Positions 9,285 through 19,244 of a stretch of 64,000 bases of DNA are shown here, in pieces. The notes under the pieces were generated by a model, which was not told where the DNA came from, ran no database searches, and saw nothing but the letters and a program-made list of their open reading frames with translations. This stretch comes from a phage. A program made the translations under genes and the position numbers. The stretch lies in assembly GCA_011939005.1 (NCBI GenBank), contig GCA_011939005.1_4858.1. One strand, written 5' to 3'. Each line of letters begins with the position of its first letter. The stretch's first letter is position 1.

Positions 9285-10217
9285 TTAGACCAGACCGTAT
9301 TTTTTCTCCAGACGTTCACGTTTGTACTTGAGTTCCATCAAGCGCTTTTCGTGCGCTTCGATGAGTTTCTCAATGTGCACGTCCCCTTCACCGGCAGCCA
9401 GTTGTTTCTTGTACAACAGAATACGCAGCTCAGTCGCTTTCGCGGCTTCCACGCACTCGTCATAACGATCCATTTGCCATTCTGCAATATTCAGACGCAC
9501 GCGGTAGACGATCGACAGCGGGAACGGAACGGAGGACATACCCAGTGGATCAGTGGTGTTCGAACCGAACTGCTGAACCAATTGGCTATATGTCTCTTCG
9601 TCAAACACCGCTTCGGGTATCTCAGCGTAGTCTGCTTTCAGTTTGGTAATGGGGGTTGCCAGGACGCGCACCGCAATACAGAAAGACGTCTTACGAGTTT
9701 GCAGATACTGAAGGTCTTTCGGACCGATTCCCTTCACTGCAATGTTCGAGTCTTGTACAGCGGCAATCTCTTCGGCCGTGATGTAGTTAATCAGGGTGCT
9801 AGCGTAACCGACGAAGAACTCGATCATATCCAGCAACTGCAACACGGTTTGTTTGTTGAACGTTAGAGATGACGTCACCAACGTCTTCCCGATATCGCGG
9901 TCGATACACTGCTCCAGGAAAGGTCGCAGCGCCTGTACGTTCTGCATAGACGCGATGACGTACTCCAGCATACTTGCGTTACGTAACCCTTTAACTTCCA
10001 AACCGGAGCTATGCAGGTACTTAACGATTTCAGTAGAAAGGTCTGCAACAGGCTTCGCTTTAAATGGCTTACCCTGGACACTTCCCACCAGTTCCTGGAG
10101 GTTCTGGAACTGTGGCTCTAATGCAGCAATCGAGTCGCAGTTAGATGACAGTTGGTTTTTTAAGTTCGTGGCTTCGAAGCTCGGCAGCAACATCGCCAAC
10201 ATATTCGGAATCGGCAT
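9285..10217 (-). CDS. hypothetical protein
   Basis: ORF track gives start at 10262; internal ATG at 10217 has AAGGGGA Shine-Dalgarno and removes the overlap with the upstream gene. Confidence 0.45.
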   Translation of the reverse strand: MPIPNMLAMLLPSFEATNLKNQLSSNCDSIAALEPQFQNLQELVGSVQGKPFKAKPVADLSTEIVKYLHSSGLEVKGLRNASMLEYVIASMQNVQALRPFLEQCIDRDIGKTLVTSSLTFNKQTVLQLLDMIEFFVGYASTLINYITAEEIAAVQDSNIAVKGIGPKDLQYLQTRKTSFCIAVRVLATPITKLKADYAEIPEAVFDEETYSQLVQQFGSNTTDPLGMSSVPFPLSIVYRVRLNIAEWQMDRYDECVEAAKATELRILLYKKQLAAGEGDVHIEKLIEAHEKRLMELKYKRERLEKKYGLV

Positions 10218-10227
10218 TCTTTTCCCC

Positions 10228-11346
10228 TTACAGTACCGGATTCGCGCCGACGCGATAGGCATCGATGATTTTGTTTACATCGCCGCTACCGGACTTCGCC
10301 TTGCTAAAGTCTGATTTGTCGAGTTCTTGAGACCCGGTCTGGCCACGCGTATAAATGGTTACACGGTTCCAGGTCTGGTCGACAACCACGTAGTAAACAG
10401 TCAGGGTGTCTTTGAACACACGCTGGCGGATATTGTAATCATCGAAGTCACCGCCCAGCTGAGCAGTCAGATCGTCGATAGTTTCTTGAGAAACCACCAT
10501 AACCGAAGACGCGTTGTTGATGGATGGGCTCAGCGTCAGTAGGCCAGACAGCCAGTTGGCGTTTTTCTTTTCCATCATCTTGCGGTAATAACCGGACTTA
10601 TCACGGAAGCGGTTCTTACGGTATTCTTCGATAAGGTCATTACACAGCGCGATATCTTTCGCGTAGCTGAGAGAACCGACCTTCGCACGCAGCACGCGTT
10701 CCCAGAAGGTTTTAGTCTGATCGCTGAACGCAATCAGTGTTTTCATTTCGTCGGTTGGCAGAGACTTCACATCAAGACGCAGACGCATCGGCAGCTCAAC
10801 TTTATTACCGTCACGTTCGAAGGTAACAGAGAACACTTTACCGTTGGACAGTCCTTCTTGATCATGCAGGAGCTTCAGTGTGTTGTTCGGCAGCACAGAA
10901 CCTGCGGATGATTCAGTCGCTACTTTGTTATCGGATTTCTGGCGACGGGATTCACCGACCGCAAGCCCGATTTTATCGTATGACGGCAGCGCGTGACGGG
11001 AGGACTCGCCGATTGCGAAAGACGCTAAGCGAGAACCCGAACGTGCAGCCGCGTCGAGGGCATTACGACGGGTGCTAACCTGGTCAAGCGTACCAAGGAT
11101 ATCAACCTCAGGAACACCTACCAGAATTGAGATGGCGGTAAGTTGGTTGCCCGCGAGCAGGATTTGGATTTTCTCCAGAATACCTGGCAGGTAATCTAAG
11201 CCCAACAGACTTTGTTCAACCAGCGTGGTGTGCTCGTTGTACAGCACAGAGTTGAATTCTTCCGTCGATTCCGCCCGCTGGCGAAGCAGCATGGGAAACT
11301 TAGAAAGAAAGGAGACGAGCGATGTCTCAAATGTTTTTTCTGCCAT
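10228..11346 (-). CDS. hypothetical protein (372 aa)
   Basis: ORF. Confidence 0.5.
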   Translation of the reverse strand: MAEKTFETSLVSFLSKFPMLLRQRAESTEEFNSVLYNEHTTLVEQSLLGLDYLPGILEKIQILLAGNQLTAISILVGVPEVDILGTLDQVSTRRNALDAAARSGSRLASFAIGESSRHALPSYDKIGLAVGESRRQKSDNKVATESSAGSVLPNNTLKLLHDQEGLSNGKVFSVTFERDGNKVELPMRLRLDVKSLPTDEMKTLIAFSDQTKTFWERVLRAKVGSLSYAKDIALCNDLIEEYRKNRFRDKSGYYRKMMEKKNANWLSGLLTLSPSINNASSVMVVSQETIDDLTAQLGGDFDDYNIRQRVFKDTLTVYYVVVDQTWNRVTIYTRGQTGSQELDKSDFSKAKSGSGDVNKIIDAYRVGANPVL

Positions 11347-11368
11347 TTTTAACTAAACTCCGGAGTTA

Positions 11369-12631
11369 ATGATGAGTAACGAGACCGATAAGAACGATCC
11401 GGGGTATGACCCGAATACCGACTACGACAATTCGTATCAAAACCCGAATAATATCGATGCAGTACCATCGGTCGCCGACTACTTTGACCGTCGACTGTCC
11501 GATGCGAAACCCACCACGGCGTACAACGTTAATGATGAGTTATCGGGTTGGAATGACCGTATCCGTCTTACGTTAGGTTTGGGTCTGGCTGCGCAGCGTG
11601 TGACCAACCCCTACATGGGGTTCAACCATATGATGGCGTCGAACCCGACGCCTGTTAACCGTGAGTACGGTGGCCTAACCTTCATTACCCGCCCTGACTT
11701 CAACTTGTGCTTTGACAACATTGCCAACTCGCGCAAGATGTCGAACATGGCTTCTCAGCCGAAATCGTCACTCGACTATTCCATTCTGGCAGCGTTAGAC
11801 CCAGATTTTGAATTGGGGTTCTCTGATTCACCGATGGAAGATGGGCGAAGAAAGAACCGTTTGGGCACGCCATTCATGAAGGACATTATGTTTGACAATC
11901 TTCAGGCATTCATACCATTGCTGAGTACACAGATGCTGAGCCTCTCGGGGATGCCTGACCAGTCTGTCGATAACTGGATGTCTGAAGAAGGTTTAATGCG
12001 CGAACAGTGGGGTATGGTTGACTCCACACATGAAATCAATAACCAGTACAGTATGTCGATGTCGCTGAACAACCCATACGGCAACCCAATCATGCGAATG
12101 ATGGGCGTGTGGCTGGAGTATATGTCCGGCATTAAGATGGGTAAGTTCAAACCGAAGATGCGTAATTCCATCCAGCGTCGCATTGACTACCAATCGAGGA
12201 TGTACGGGTTTAAATACGACGCGCTCGGAAACATCACTCGTTTCTGGACAGCGTGTGTTTGTTGGCCGATGAACGATAACGCCGGTCAAATGGCGAATGT
12301 CGATAACACCAAGCCTCAATTAAATGACGACACCACAATTAACCTCAACTGGCAATGCATCGGGGCGCGCTTCGATGACCCATTGTACATGGAGATGTTC
12401 AACTTGACGGTGTCTATGTTTAACCCGGATATGATGCCGCAACCAGGGAGCGTTGCAGCGGGCAACTTTATCCCGATTGCTGAAGACCAGCTTGTGCCGA
12501 TTGCACCACAGCTACTACCGCTGTTCAACTACTACGGCTATCCGCACATCGACTCCCTGCGTCGTAAACTGACCTGGTATGTTTATCAGGCAGATTACCA
12601 ATTCATCCTTAAACGAGCGGGCTTACTGTAA
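11369..12631 (+). CDS. hypothetical protein (420 aa)
   Basis: Plus-strand ORF, divergent from 10228..11346; ATGA-coupled to next gene. Confidence 0.55.
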   Translation: MMSNETDKNDPGYDPNTDYDNSYQNPNNIDAVPSVADYFDRRLSDAKPTTAYNVNDELSGWNDRIRLTLGLGLAAQRVTNPYMGFNHMMASNPTPVNREYGGLTFITRPDFNLCFDNIANSRKMSNMASQPKSSLDYSILAALDPDFELGFSDSPMEDGRRKNRLGTPFMKDIMFDNLQAFIPLLSTQMLSLSGMPDQSVDNWMSEEGLMREQWGMVDSTHEINNQYSMSMSLNNPYGNPIMRMMGVWLEYMSGIKMGKFKPKMRNSIQRRIDYQSRMYGFKYDALGNITRFWTACVCWPMNDNAGQMANVDNTKPQLNDDTTINLNWQCIGARFDDPLYMEMFNLTVSMFNPDMMPQPGSVAAGNFIPIAEDQLVPIAPQLLPLFNYYGYPHIDSLRRKLTWYVYQADYQFILKRAGLL

Positions 12632-15591
12632 TGACTACGAAAACGTACGACGCATTATCGAAAGACTTGCTGCTGATGGCACATAACCCATCGGCAATGC
12701 AGTCATTAATGCTGAACCAGCTCCAAGACGTGCAGGACGCCGACGGGCAAATCCTGCTACGTGACCCGACCGACCCGGTGGTCTACATGACCGAGGTCGG
12801 AATTACGATGGGCCACACGATTATCCAGGGCGATCGGGACACCATTCCGAAAATGTTCCCCTCTATGGCACAAACTCACGACGATCTGTTCCGCCACATG
12901 TCTGACGTGGATTATGTCGATGTTTTTGCCCAGCCATCACAAGCGACCTTACTGCTGCTTCTAGATGTCGACTCTCTATTAGCGAAGGCGATGCCGTTAA
13001 ACGTGGCAGGTATTCGTAAAGTCGTGATTCCACGGGATACCGTCTTTACTGTTTCAGGTTACAACTTTGCCATCCAGTATCCTATCGAAATTCGAGTGCT
13101 GCCGTATGGTACCGTTGATAATCCAGCCTTCCAGGTCTTGTGGATTACCGAAACCCAGTCACCGATATCGCCCGTAACCACTAACGCGTTGGACTGGGAG
13201 TTGACAAGTGTTCCTAGCACACCGTCGCAGATACTGGCCATCCGTATTCCGGTGATGCAGTACAGTGTAAAGGACGAGAACGATACGTTGTTGGGGCAGA
13301 ACACGTTTGTGATGACGCGCACGTTCACCAACAAGTTCTTCTACGCACGGGTGTGGAATAAACCGTCCAATTCAAACACCTGGACAGAAATCCATCACAC
13401 GCACAGTCGTGACGTTTACGATCCAAACACACCTACGGCGCTGATTCAAGTCGTTAACCAGTCCATTCGCTGTACGATACCGTCTATCTACATGGCGAAG
13501 AACCTGGTAAGTGGTGAAATCCGCATGGACGTATATACGACCATCGGGCCACTCGACCTCGACGTTTCTGCATTTCCGGCGGACGAGTACACCTTCTCAT
13601 TGCGCGACTTGAACGGTGAATACGATGCGGGATACATCAACCCGTTGAAATCATTCTCCATCAAAATGCTGGTTGCGGAAGAAGGCAGTTACGCCACTGG
13701 GGGGCGTACACAACTTTCGTTTGATGAGTTGCGTGACCGTGTGGTAAACAATGCAGTGGGGATTCGCAAACTGCCAGTAACAGAGAAGCAGTTAGAAGCC
13801 ACGGTATCGGATTACGGCCTGACCTTGTCCAAGCCGAACGATTACGTAACTGGGCGTACTTACTTCCTGACTGCGCCGATGCCGGAGTCCACGTTATCTA
13901 AAGTGAGTTCCCCTATCGGGACCATCACCGCCCCGCTGTACTTTAGCTGGGATGAACTGGTGAAACTGCCGACGGTCCGTATTAACGGCAACCGTTTGAC
14001 GATTGAGCCAGATACACTGTATCGCTTTACGGATACCAGTCTGCAAATCGATGCGGAGATGACCATCCTTGCGAAGACCATGCGTAAAGAAGATTTGGTT
14101 AACGCGGGTAACACTAACCGTTACCTGTTCACGCCGTTCCATTACGTGGTGGACATTAACAACAAATCTTGCGATGTTCGTATTTACCAACTCGATAAAC
14201 CGCAGCTAAACTCAAAACGTTTCGTTAGCACCAACGTGACAACGGAGCTGAGTGTTGTCACTGCAGATTATCAGATTGAGAAAACGGCCGAAGGTTATAT
14301 CCTGCGCACTGTGACTAAATCAGAACCGCCATACCAGGCGTTAAGTGATGACCAGGTCTTTGCGCAGATTTCCTTCTCGCCACGCAACGCAGACGGTAAG
14401 TTGGCGTACATCAACGGCACCTTAGTGGGTCGTCAAGGTTCGGAGCGTGTATGGGAATTCTTGTTGAAAACCAATCTCGATGTTGACCGTAACGATGAGT
14501 TGATTATCAACAACACCCGAATCACCACCGAAGTGGATGTGGACACACCTGCACCGTTGTTAACCGAGTATAACGTGTTCTACGGCTGTACGGGTTACTA
14601 CCCCGGTAATTACGAACGCGCTGAAATGGATACAATGATTGTACCGCCTGCGCGCGATGGTATTGGGATTACTCATGAGATTTTCAAAATCGAGCTGGGT
14701 AAAGCCATGTCCTATTACTGGCGAAAAGCACGTGCAGTAACGGACAGCATCAACTACGAATACTACCAGAAGGATGTTCTGGCGTATTGGGAAAAGGATG
14801 TTATTAAAACCAAAGACGACGGTGTAACGCCTGAGTATACGTACGACCCTAATGCTGTTCCACCGTTGCAAATCACGTACCTGCATCGTAAAGGCGATCC
14901 GAAAATAGACCCGGCCACCGGTGAACAAGAAATCGCACACCACGTTGGGGAGCAAATCTTCGACGGGAACGGTCAGCCTATTATTGCGAAACCGCGCAGT
15001 ATTAAGTTCCGTAGTGAAATGGCTGTCTTCGATGCCCGTTATAAGTTCGCAACCTCGAAAGCGGTTAAAGCGTACCTTGATAGCGTAATTGACAACATCA
15101 TCAACTATGTTACGGTGGTACTGCCTAATTTGAAACCACTGCTGTTGGAGCAAACTGAAGGCTTCTTTGTTCCTATCACCACGATGGGTTATATCGACGT
15201 ACGTACCGAAGACGGGGTTGTGTCACCACTGCCTGCTGAAAACCAGTTCACTGTCAAATATTACCTCACGGCAGCGAACCGCGCAAACAGCGAGCTTCTG
15301 GCACAAATCCGGAAACGGACTTCGCAAGTCATTAACGATTATCTGTCAACACATCTGACCGTTTCAGCAACCGAGATTGGTAATGCGCTACGCACCACGC
15401 TTAACGATGCCATTATCGGTGTTGAACTCGACGACATGGGGCCAGATAAAGACCTGCGACTGTTCACTGTCATTACCGAAGCGGCACGTGCCACGATTGG
15501 TAAGAAGCTCGATATCGAAGCCAACGGCGACATCGGTTTGAAAGATGACATCGTACTGTCGTACAACCGTCACGATACCGAAAAAGAATAA
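12631..15591 (+). CDS. large hypothetical protein (986 aa), possibly structural
   Basis: Long plus-strand ORF followed by strong bidirectional terminator. Confidence 0.55.
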   Translation: MTTKTYDALSKDLLLMAHNPSAMQSLMLNQLQDVQDADGQILLRDPTDPVVYMTEVGITMGHTIIQGDRDTIPKMFPSMAQTHDDLFRHMSDVDYVDVFAQPSQATLLLLLDVDSLLAKAMPLNVAGIRKVVIPRDTVFTVSGYNFAIQYPIEIRVLPYGTVDNPAFQVLWITETQSPISPVTTNALDWELTSVPSTPSQILAIRIPVMQYSVKDENDTLLGQNTFVMTRTFTNKFFYARVWNKPSNSNTWTEIHHTHSRDVYDPNTPTALIQVVNQSIRCTIPSIYMAKNLVSGEIRMDVYTTIGPLDLDVSAFPADEYTFSLRDLNGEYDAGYINPLKSFSIKMLVAEEGSYATGGRTQLSFDELRDRVVNNAVGIRKLPVTEKQLEATVSDYGLTLSKPNDYVTGRTYFLTAPMPESTLSKVSSPIGTITAPLYFSWDELVKLPTVRINGNRLTIEPDTLYRFTDTSLQIDAEMTILAKTMRKEDLVNAGNTNRYLFTPFHYVVDINNKSCDVRIYQLDKPQLNSKRFVSTNVTTELSVVTADYQIEKTAEGYILRTVTKSEPPYQALSDDQVFAQISFSPRNADGKLAYINGTLVGRQGSERVWEFLLKTNLDVDRNDELIINNTRITTEVDVDTPAPLLTEYNVFYGCTGYYPGNYERAEMDTMIVPPARDGIGITHEIFKIELGKAMSYYWRKARAVTDSINYEYYQKDVLAYWEKDVIKTKDDGVTPEYTYDPNAVPPLQITYLHRKGDPKIDPATGEQEIAHHVGEQIFDGNGQPIIAKPRSIKFRSEMAVFDARYKFATSKAVKAYLDSVIDNIINYVTVVLPNLKPLLLEQTEGFFVPITTMGYIDVRTEDGVVSPLPAENQFTVKYYLTAANRANSELLAQIRKRTSQVINDYLSTHLTVSATEIGNALRTTLNDAIIGVELDDMGPDKDLRLFTVITEAARATIGKKLDIEANGDIGLKDDIVLSYNRHDTEKE

Positions 15592-15635
15592 AAAGCACTA
15601 CCCTCTCCCGAAGGAGAGGGTAGCCTTTTATTTTA
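15590..15635. terminator. bidirectional intrinsic terminator
   Basis: 11-bp stem CTACCCTCTCC-cgaa-GGAGAGGGTAG with A-run before and T-run after, between convergent genes. Confidence 0.75.
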
Positions 15636-17366
15636 TTCGCCGTCAAGCATGTTTTTGCGATTATTGCCTTTCACCAACGGGTTACGTTTGGCCAGGTTCA
15701 GTATCGTCTGCAATGTAGCGGCAGCACTGCAACAACGACGCACCAACGACAGGTTACGACGCAAGCCGACGAAGAGGTCTTCGTCACCGTCTGGGGAGAA
15801 TAACACCATCGAGAGTTCACGACCGTCGGTACGCAGGCCAGAAGGCTGATTAAGCTCATTCATGATGACTTCGCTAATCAGGTTAACGTATTCAACGTTA
15901 TCCTTGGTTGCTTTCTGGAACTGCTCCAACACTTTAATCGTGTTGTTAACCGCCTTATCCAGTGCACTGTAACGATTCAGGTTAGTCGCAGCGGTGTCGT
16001 TGGTAAAGCCTTGTTTACCTAACGTTACCACTACAGCCAGCAACTCACGTTCGTCACCAACCGATAACGTGCCTGCCTGGCGCATTTGCTCTAAGCACTC
16101 GCGTCCCAAGAACGCAGATGCTTGTGCGTTGACCAATACCTTACCAGGCACGAAGTCCACACCATCGTCATGACCCACTAAACCACGAACTTTGTTTTCT
16201 GGGATAACGACCAAAGGTGCAGTAGCGTATTCGAATCCTTTGCGGGAAACGTCGCTGATGATGAAGTTCATCGTGGTGTTCAGCTGCGCTAACGCCTGAC
16301 CGAAAATAAGCGCGGTGTCGTGTGCTGCTTTGTTAACTTGCTTACCGTTGTGCGTGGTGGTTGAACCTTGCTGATTCTTAAAACCTTCGGCGACGCTTGG
16401 GTCAATCATCGCTTTAAAGGCACTCTGGAGCGAGCCAAAGTAACCGATAAGTTCGCTGGCAACATTCGACATCTGATGGAAGTTCAACAGGTTCGGAATA
16501 CGCACACCGGCTTCGCGAGCAGACTTCGGTAACGCCTGCCAGGCTTTCTTACCCACTTCAATCGGGTAGATACCGTACGTCACGTTGTGTTGTAACAGGG
16601 TGTCTAACAGATCGTGAATAACCTGCTGGCTTGACTGACGTTTCTTAGTGTAGCCTTTGAACAACTCAGTGAACGGCGAACGACCCAGCGCGCTACTCAA
16701 GTCGTTCAGATACTCTTCCGCGTTCATGTTCGTAAACACTTCGTCGGCCATCGCGATAGCCAAGTTCAGGTTTTCCAGGTCACGACCTTTCAGACCCTTA
16801 GAGGCTTCGATGTATGCATCTTTCACTGCGCTGATTTTCAGCTGACCAATGATAGTATTTTCGGTCTGGGAGAAACTCTCTGCTTTTTCGCCGACTTTCT
16901 CAGCGTAACCTTCGCCGTCAAATTCGCCATTACCAGCAAACCCGTTACCGTTGCTGATAATCCAACCGATGATTTTGATAATCGCGGTCATGATCAACAC
17001 AACCAATCCCACTTTACCTGCATTTGCCCAGGATTCGAGCGCAACAATAGTCTCTTTCTGGTGCGTGCGGGTATAGTTCGAGGTCAGGATTTTGCGAACG
17101 GCTTCGGGAATTGTACCTGGGCGAGAAGATTCAACAGCGACAGCGACATCTTTCGACAGACCTGCGCGACGCACTTCGTCAAGAATCGCGTCAATTTGCA
17201 GAATCAGTCGAGAGCCGTAGATTAAGTCAGCTTCGTTGCGTTGCATGTACAGATTGAGCTGGTTGACAGAATCAATACGCTCGGCCATACGTGAACGCAG
17301 GACTTCACCGATCTCCCCCAAACGCCATTTGGGGTGGGTGGCGTTACCTGTCATTTCCATGCTCAT
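15633..17366 (-). CDS. membrane protein (577 aa), function unknown
   Basis: Hydrophobic segment VGLVVLIMTAIIKIIGWII; ATGA overlap with 17363..17806. Confidence 0.5.
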   Translation of the reverse strand: MSMEMTGNATHPKWRLGEIGEVLRSRMAERIDSVNQLNLYMQRNEADLIYGSRLILQIDAILDEVRRAGLSKDVAVAVESSRPGTIPEAVRKILTSNYTRTHQKETIVALESWANAGKVGLVVLIMTAIIKIIGWIISNGNGFAGNGEFDGEGYAEKVGEKAESFSQTENTIIGQLKISAVKDAYIEASKGLKGRDLENLNLAIAMADEVFTNMNAEEYLNDLSSALGRSPFTELFKGYTKKRQSSQQVIHDLLDTLLQHNVTYGIYPIEVGKKAWQALPKSAREAGVRIPNLLNFHQMSNVASELIGYFGSLQSAFKAMIDPSVAEGFKNQQGSTTTHNGKQVNKAAHDTALIFGQALAQLNTTMNFIISDVSRKGFEYATAPLVVIPENKVRGLVGHDDGVDFVPGKVLVNAQASAFLGRECLEQMRQAGTLSVGDERELLAVVVTLGKQGFTNDTAATNLNRYSALDKAVNNTIKVLEQFQKATKDNVEYVNLISEVIMNELNQPSGLRTDGRELSMVLFSPDGDEDLFVGLRRNLSLVRRCCSAAATLQTILNLAKRNPLVKGNNRKNMLDGE

Positions 17367-17806
17367 GAAATTTGCCCTTTCAGTTCTGCCATGTAGAAAC
17401 CAACCACTTCCATAAAGCGGCTAATCCACAGACCGACGGTTTCCCAGATATCTTCCCCGAGTGCCTGGTTGAAAATCTCACGAACAGAGAAACTTTCCAG
17501 GGCTTTAGCGCCGCCATACACGTTGCAGTAACGATTGCAGTACAGACCCACGGTCATGTCCTCAATCACGCCCAAATCAACACAGTACAGCTCGTTAACG
17601 TCAGAGACGATATTACGCATTACCGGACGTAAAAACGTCCCAGCGGCCTCTGCAGCGCCATATTGGCCATTATCAGCCAGTACCGCGTTATACGCCAGTG
17701 AGAAAGCAACCAGGCCGGTCAAAGCACGCTGGGCGTGTACGCCTTTCCCTTCGTTGGTACGTTTGAAATCCAGTACCAGGTTATTTAAAGAAACTTTATG
17801 CGTCAT
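17363..17806 (-). CDS. hypothetical protein (147 aa)
   Basis: ORF. Confidence 0.5.
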   Translation of the reverse strand: MTHKVSLNNLVLDFKRTNEGKGVHAQRALTGLVAFSLAYNAVLADNGQYGAAEAAGTFLRPVMRNIVSDVNELYCVDLGVIEDMTVGLYCNRYCNVYGGAKALESFSVREIFNQALGEDIWETVGLWISRFMEVVGFYMAELKGQIS

Positions 17807-17821
17807 GTTAAGTACCCTTAC

Positions 17822-19174
17822 TTAGGAAGAAGTCGCCTGACTAAGCTTCGCAGAAGCCACACGCAGGTCATTAGAAAGATAGCGCTCCATCGTACGCTGA
17901 TAATCCACCCCAGCACGTTCACGGCGACCGCCAGGGGTCAGCGTTTTCATGATGAAGCTAAAGACGTTGTCTTTGTCTTTCACGGTTTTCAGTAGTTCGT
18001 CGATAGACGCAATGCCCTGCAGAATACGTTTACGATGTTCGTTCGCTTCTTTCGTGGTACTGCCTTTTAAGGTGTTCAGCTCTTCCACTAAGTTACGACG
18101 CATCGTCTCAAAACGTTCCTGCGGCGGATCGTAGATGGTGTTGCGTGGGTCGTTCACAATCAGGCCGAACGCGACTGAGATAGTCGTGAAGAACAGGCCA
18201 ACTGGATTAGTCGAAGCCACAATCAGCAGCGAAACGTTAAGCATCTCCAGCATCAGATGCACGCCGTAGTTCATGTACGACGCGTTCCGGCAGAGATAGA
18301 ATTGAGACGTTTCGATTTTGTACAGGGCTGACGCCAGGTACGGGGCTGCACCAAAGCGAGCTGCGAAGTCATCTGCAGCACGTTCCCAGGTACGGTTAGC
18401 GAACCCTTCCGAACCGGTAACAAACGGACGCTCAAGCAGAATGTCTGTCACTAGATGCATGTAGATGTTCTCTTTAGACATCTCTTTGCAGATAGTTTCC
18501 GGCTGATTCACTTTGGTGTTCAGCATACGTTCAACGTCTTTTACGACTTTTAAACGCACGGTCGGGTCTTCTGTTTGCATCATGCGGTTCGCTGCAGCAT
18601 CCGCAATCAGGTTCGTTACTACCGTACGCATCAAGGTACGGAAATAGTAATAGATGTGGCCGACTTCATGTAGAATAATCGCCGCGACTTCTAAATCCGT
18701 TAACTCGATACCGGTCAGTAGTTTCGGGGTCAGCCAAAGTGGGGACGGCACCTTGCTGAGTTCGCCTGAAAGCTTCGCATTTTTATCGTCGAACTCGCCG
18801 TTCAGCTCGTTCTCTTTTAAGAACTTACTGTAGACATCCAGGTCGATGTTACCCTGCACCATCTTGCGTTGCAGGTCGGCGATGATTGGGTTGTTCGCGT
18901 CGAGCTTCGGTGGCTCCACACCCGCAAACACAACGTCCGCCACACCTAAGTCGGACCCGTTACGAGGCAGGACTGTAATACCGTTGTTGTCAAAGACCCA
19001 GGCAGCAATACCAGAACTCTGATAACCCGCTGGCGAGAAGTCGCCCGCATCACGGAACTTACGTACCACTTCCGCCAAAGAGGCGAGTTTCTTTTTATCT
19101 TGGAATCCGATGGATTCCGAGGCCACGGCTTTCGCGTCGGCCAACGAGGTTATGTGCTTTTGCCAGTGTCCCAT
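17822..19174 (-). CDS. HExxH zinc-metallopeptidase-like membrane protein
   Basis: AAIILHEVGHIYYY contains HExxH; hydrophobic stretch LLIVASTNPVGLFFTTISVAFGLIV. Confidence 0.4.
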   Translation of the reverse strand: MGHWQKHITSLADAKAVASESIGFQDKKKLASLAEVVRKFRDAGDFSPAGYQSSGIAAWVFDNNGITVLPRNGSDLGVADVVFAGVEPPKLDANNPIIADLQRKMVQGNIDLDVYSKFLKENELNGEFDDKNAKLSGELSKVPSPLWLTPKLLTGIELTDLEVAAIILHEVGHIYYYFRTLMRTVVTNLIADAAANRMMQTEDPTVRLKVVKDVERMLNTKVNQPETICKEMSKENIYMHLVTDILLERPFVTGSEGFANRTWERAADDFAARFGAAPYLASALYKIETSQFYLCRNASYMNYGVHLMLEMLNVSLLIVASTNPVGLFFTTISVAFGLIVNDPRNTIYDPPQERFETMRRNLVEELNTLKGSTTKEANEHRKRILQGIASIDELLKTVKDKDNVFSFIMKTLTPGGRRERAGVDYQRTMERYLSNDLRVASAKLSQATSS

Positions 19175-19244
19175 TTAGACGTTCCTTTTAGAAAATACGT
19201 TACCCACAAATCAGTATAGCAGACACCATATTTGAGAGTAGACC

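Noticed and set aside
12631-15591. Assigning the 986-aa plus-strand protein as tail sheath, tape measure or portal
   Set aside because: No diagnostic motif could be identified by eye; left as hypothetical.
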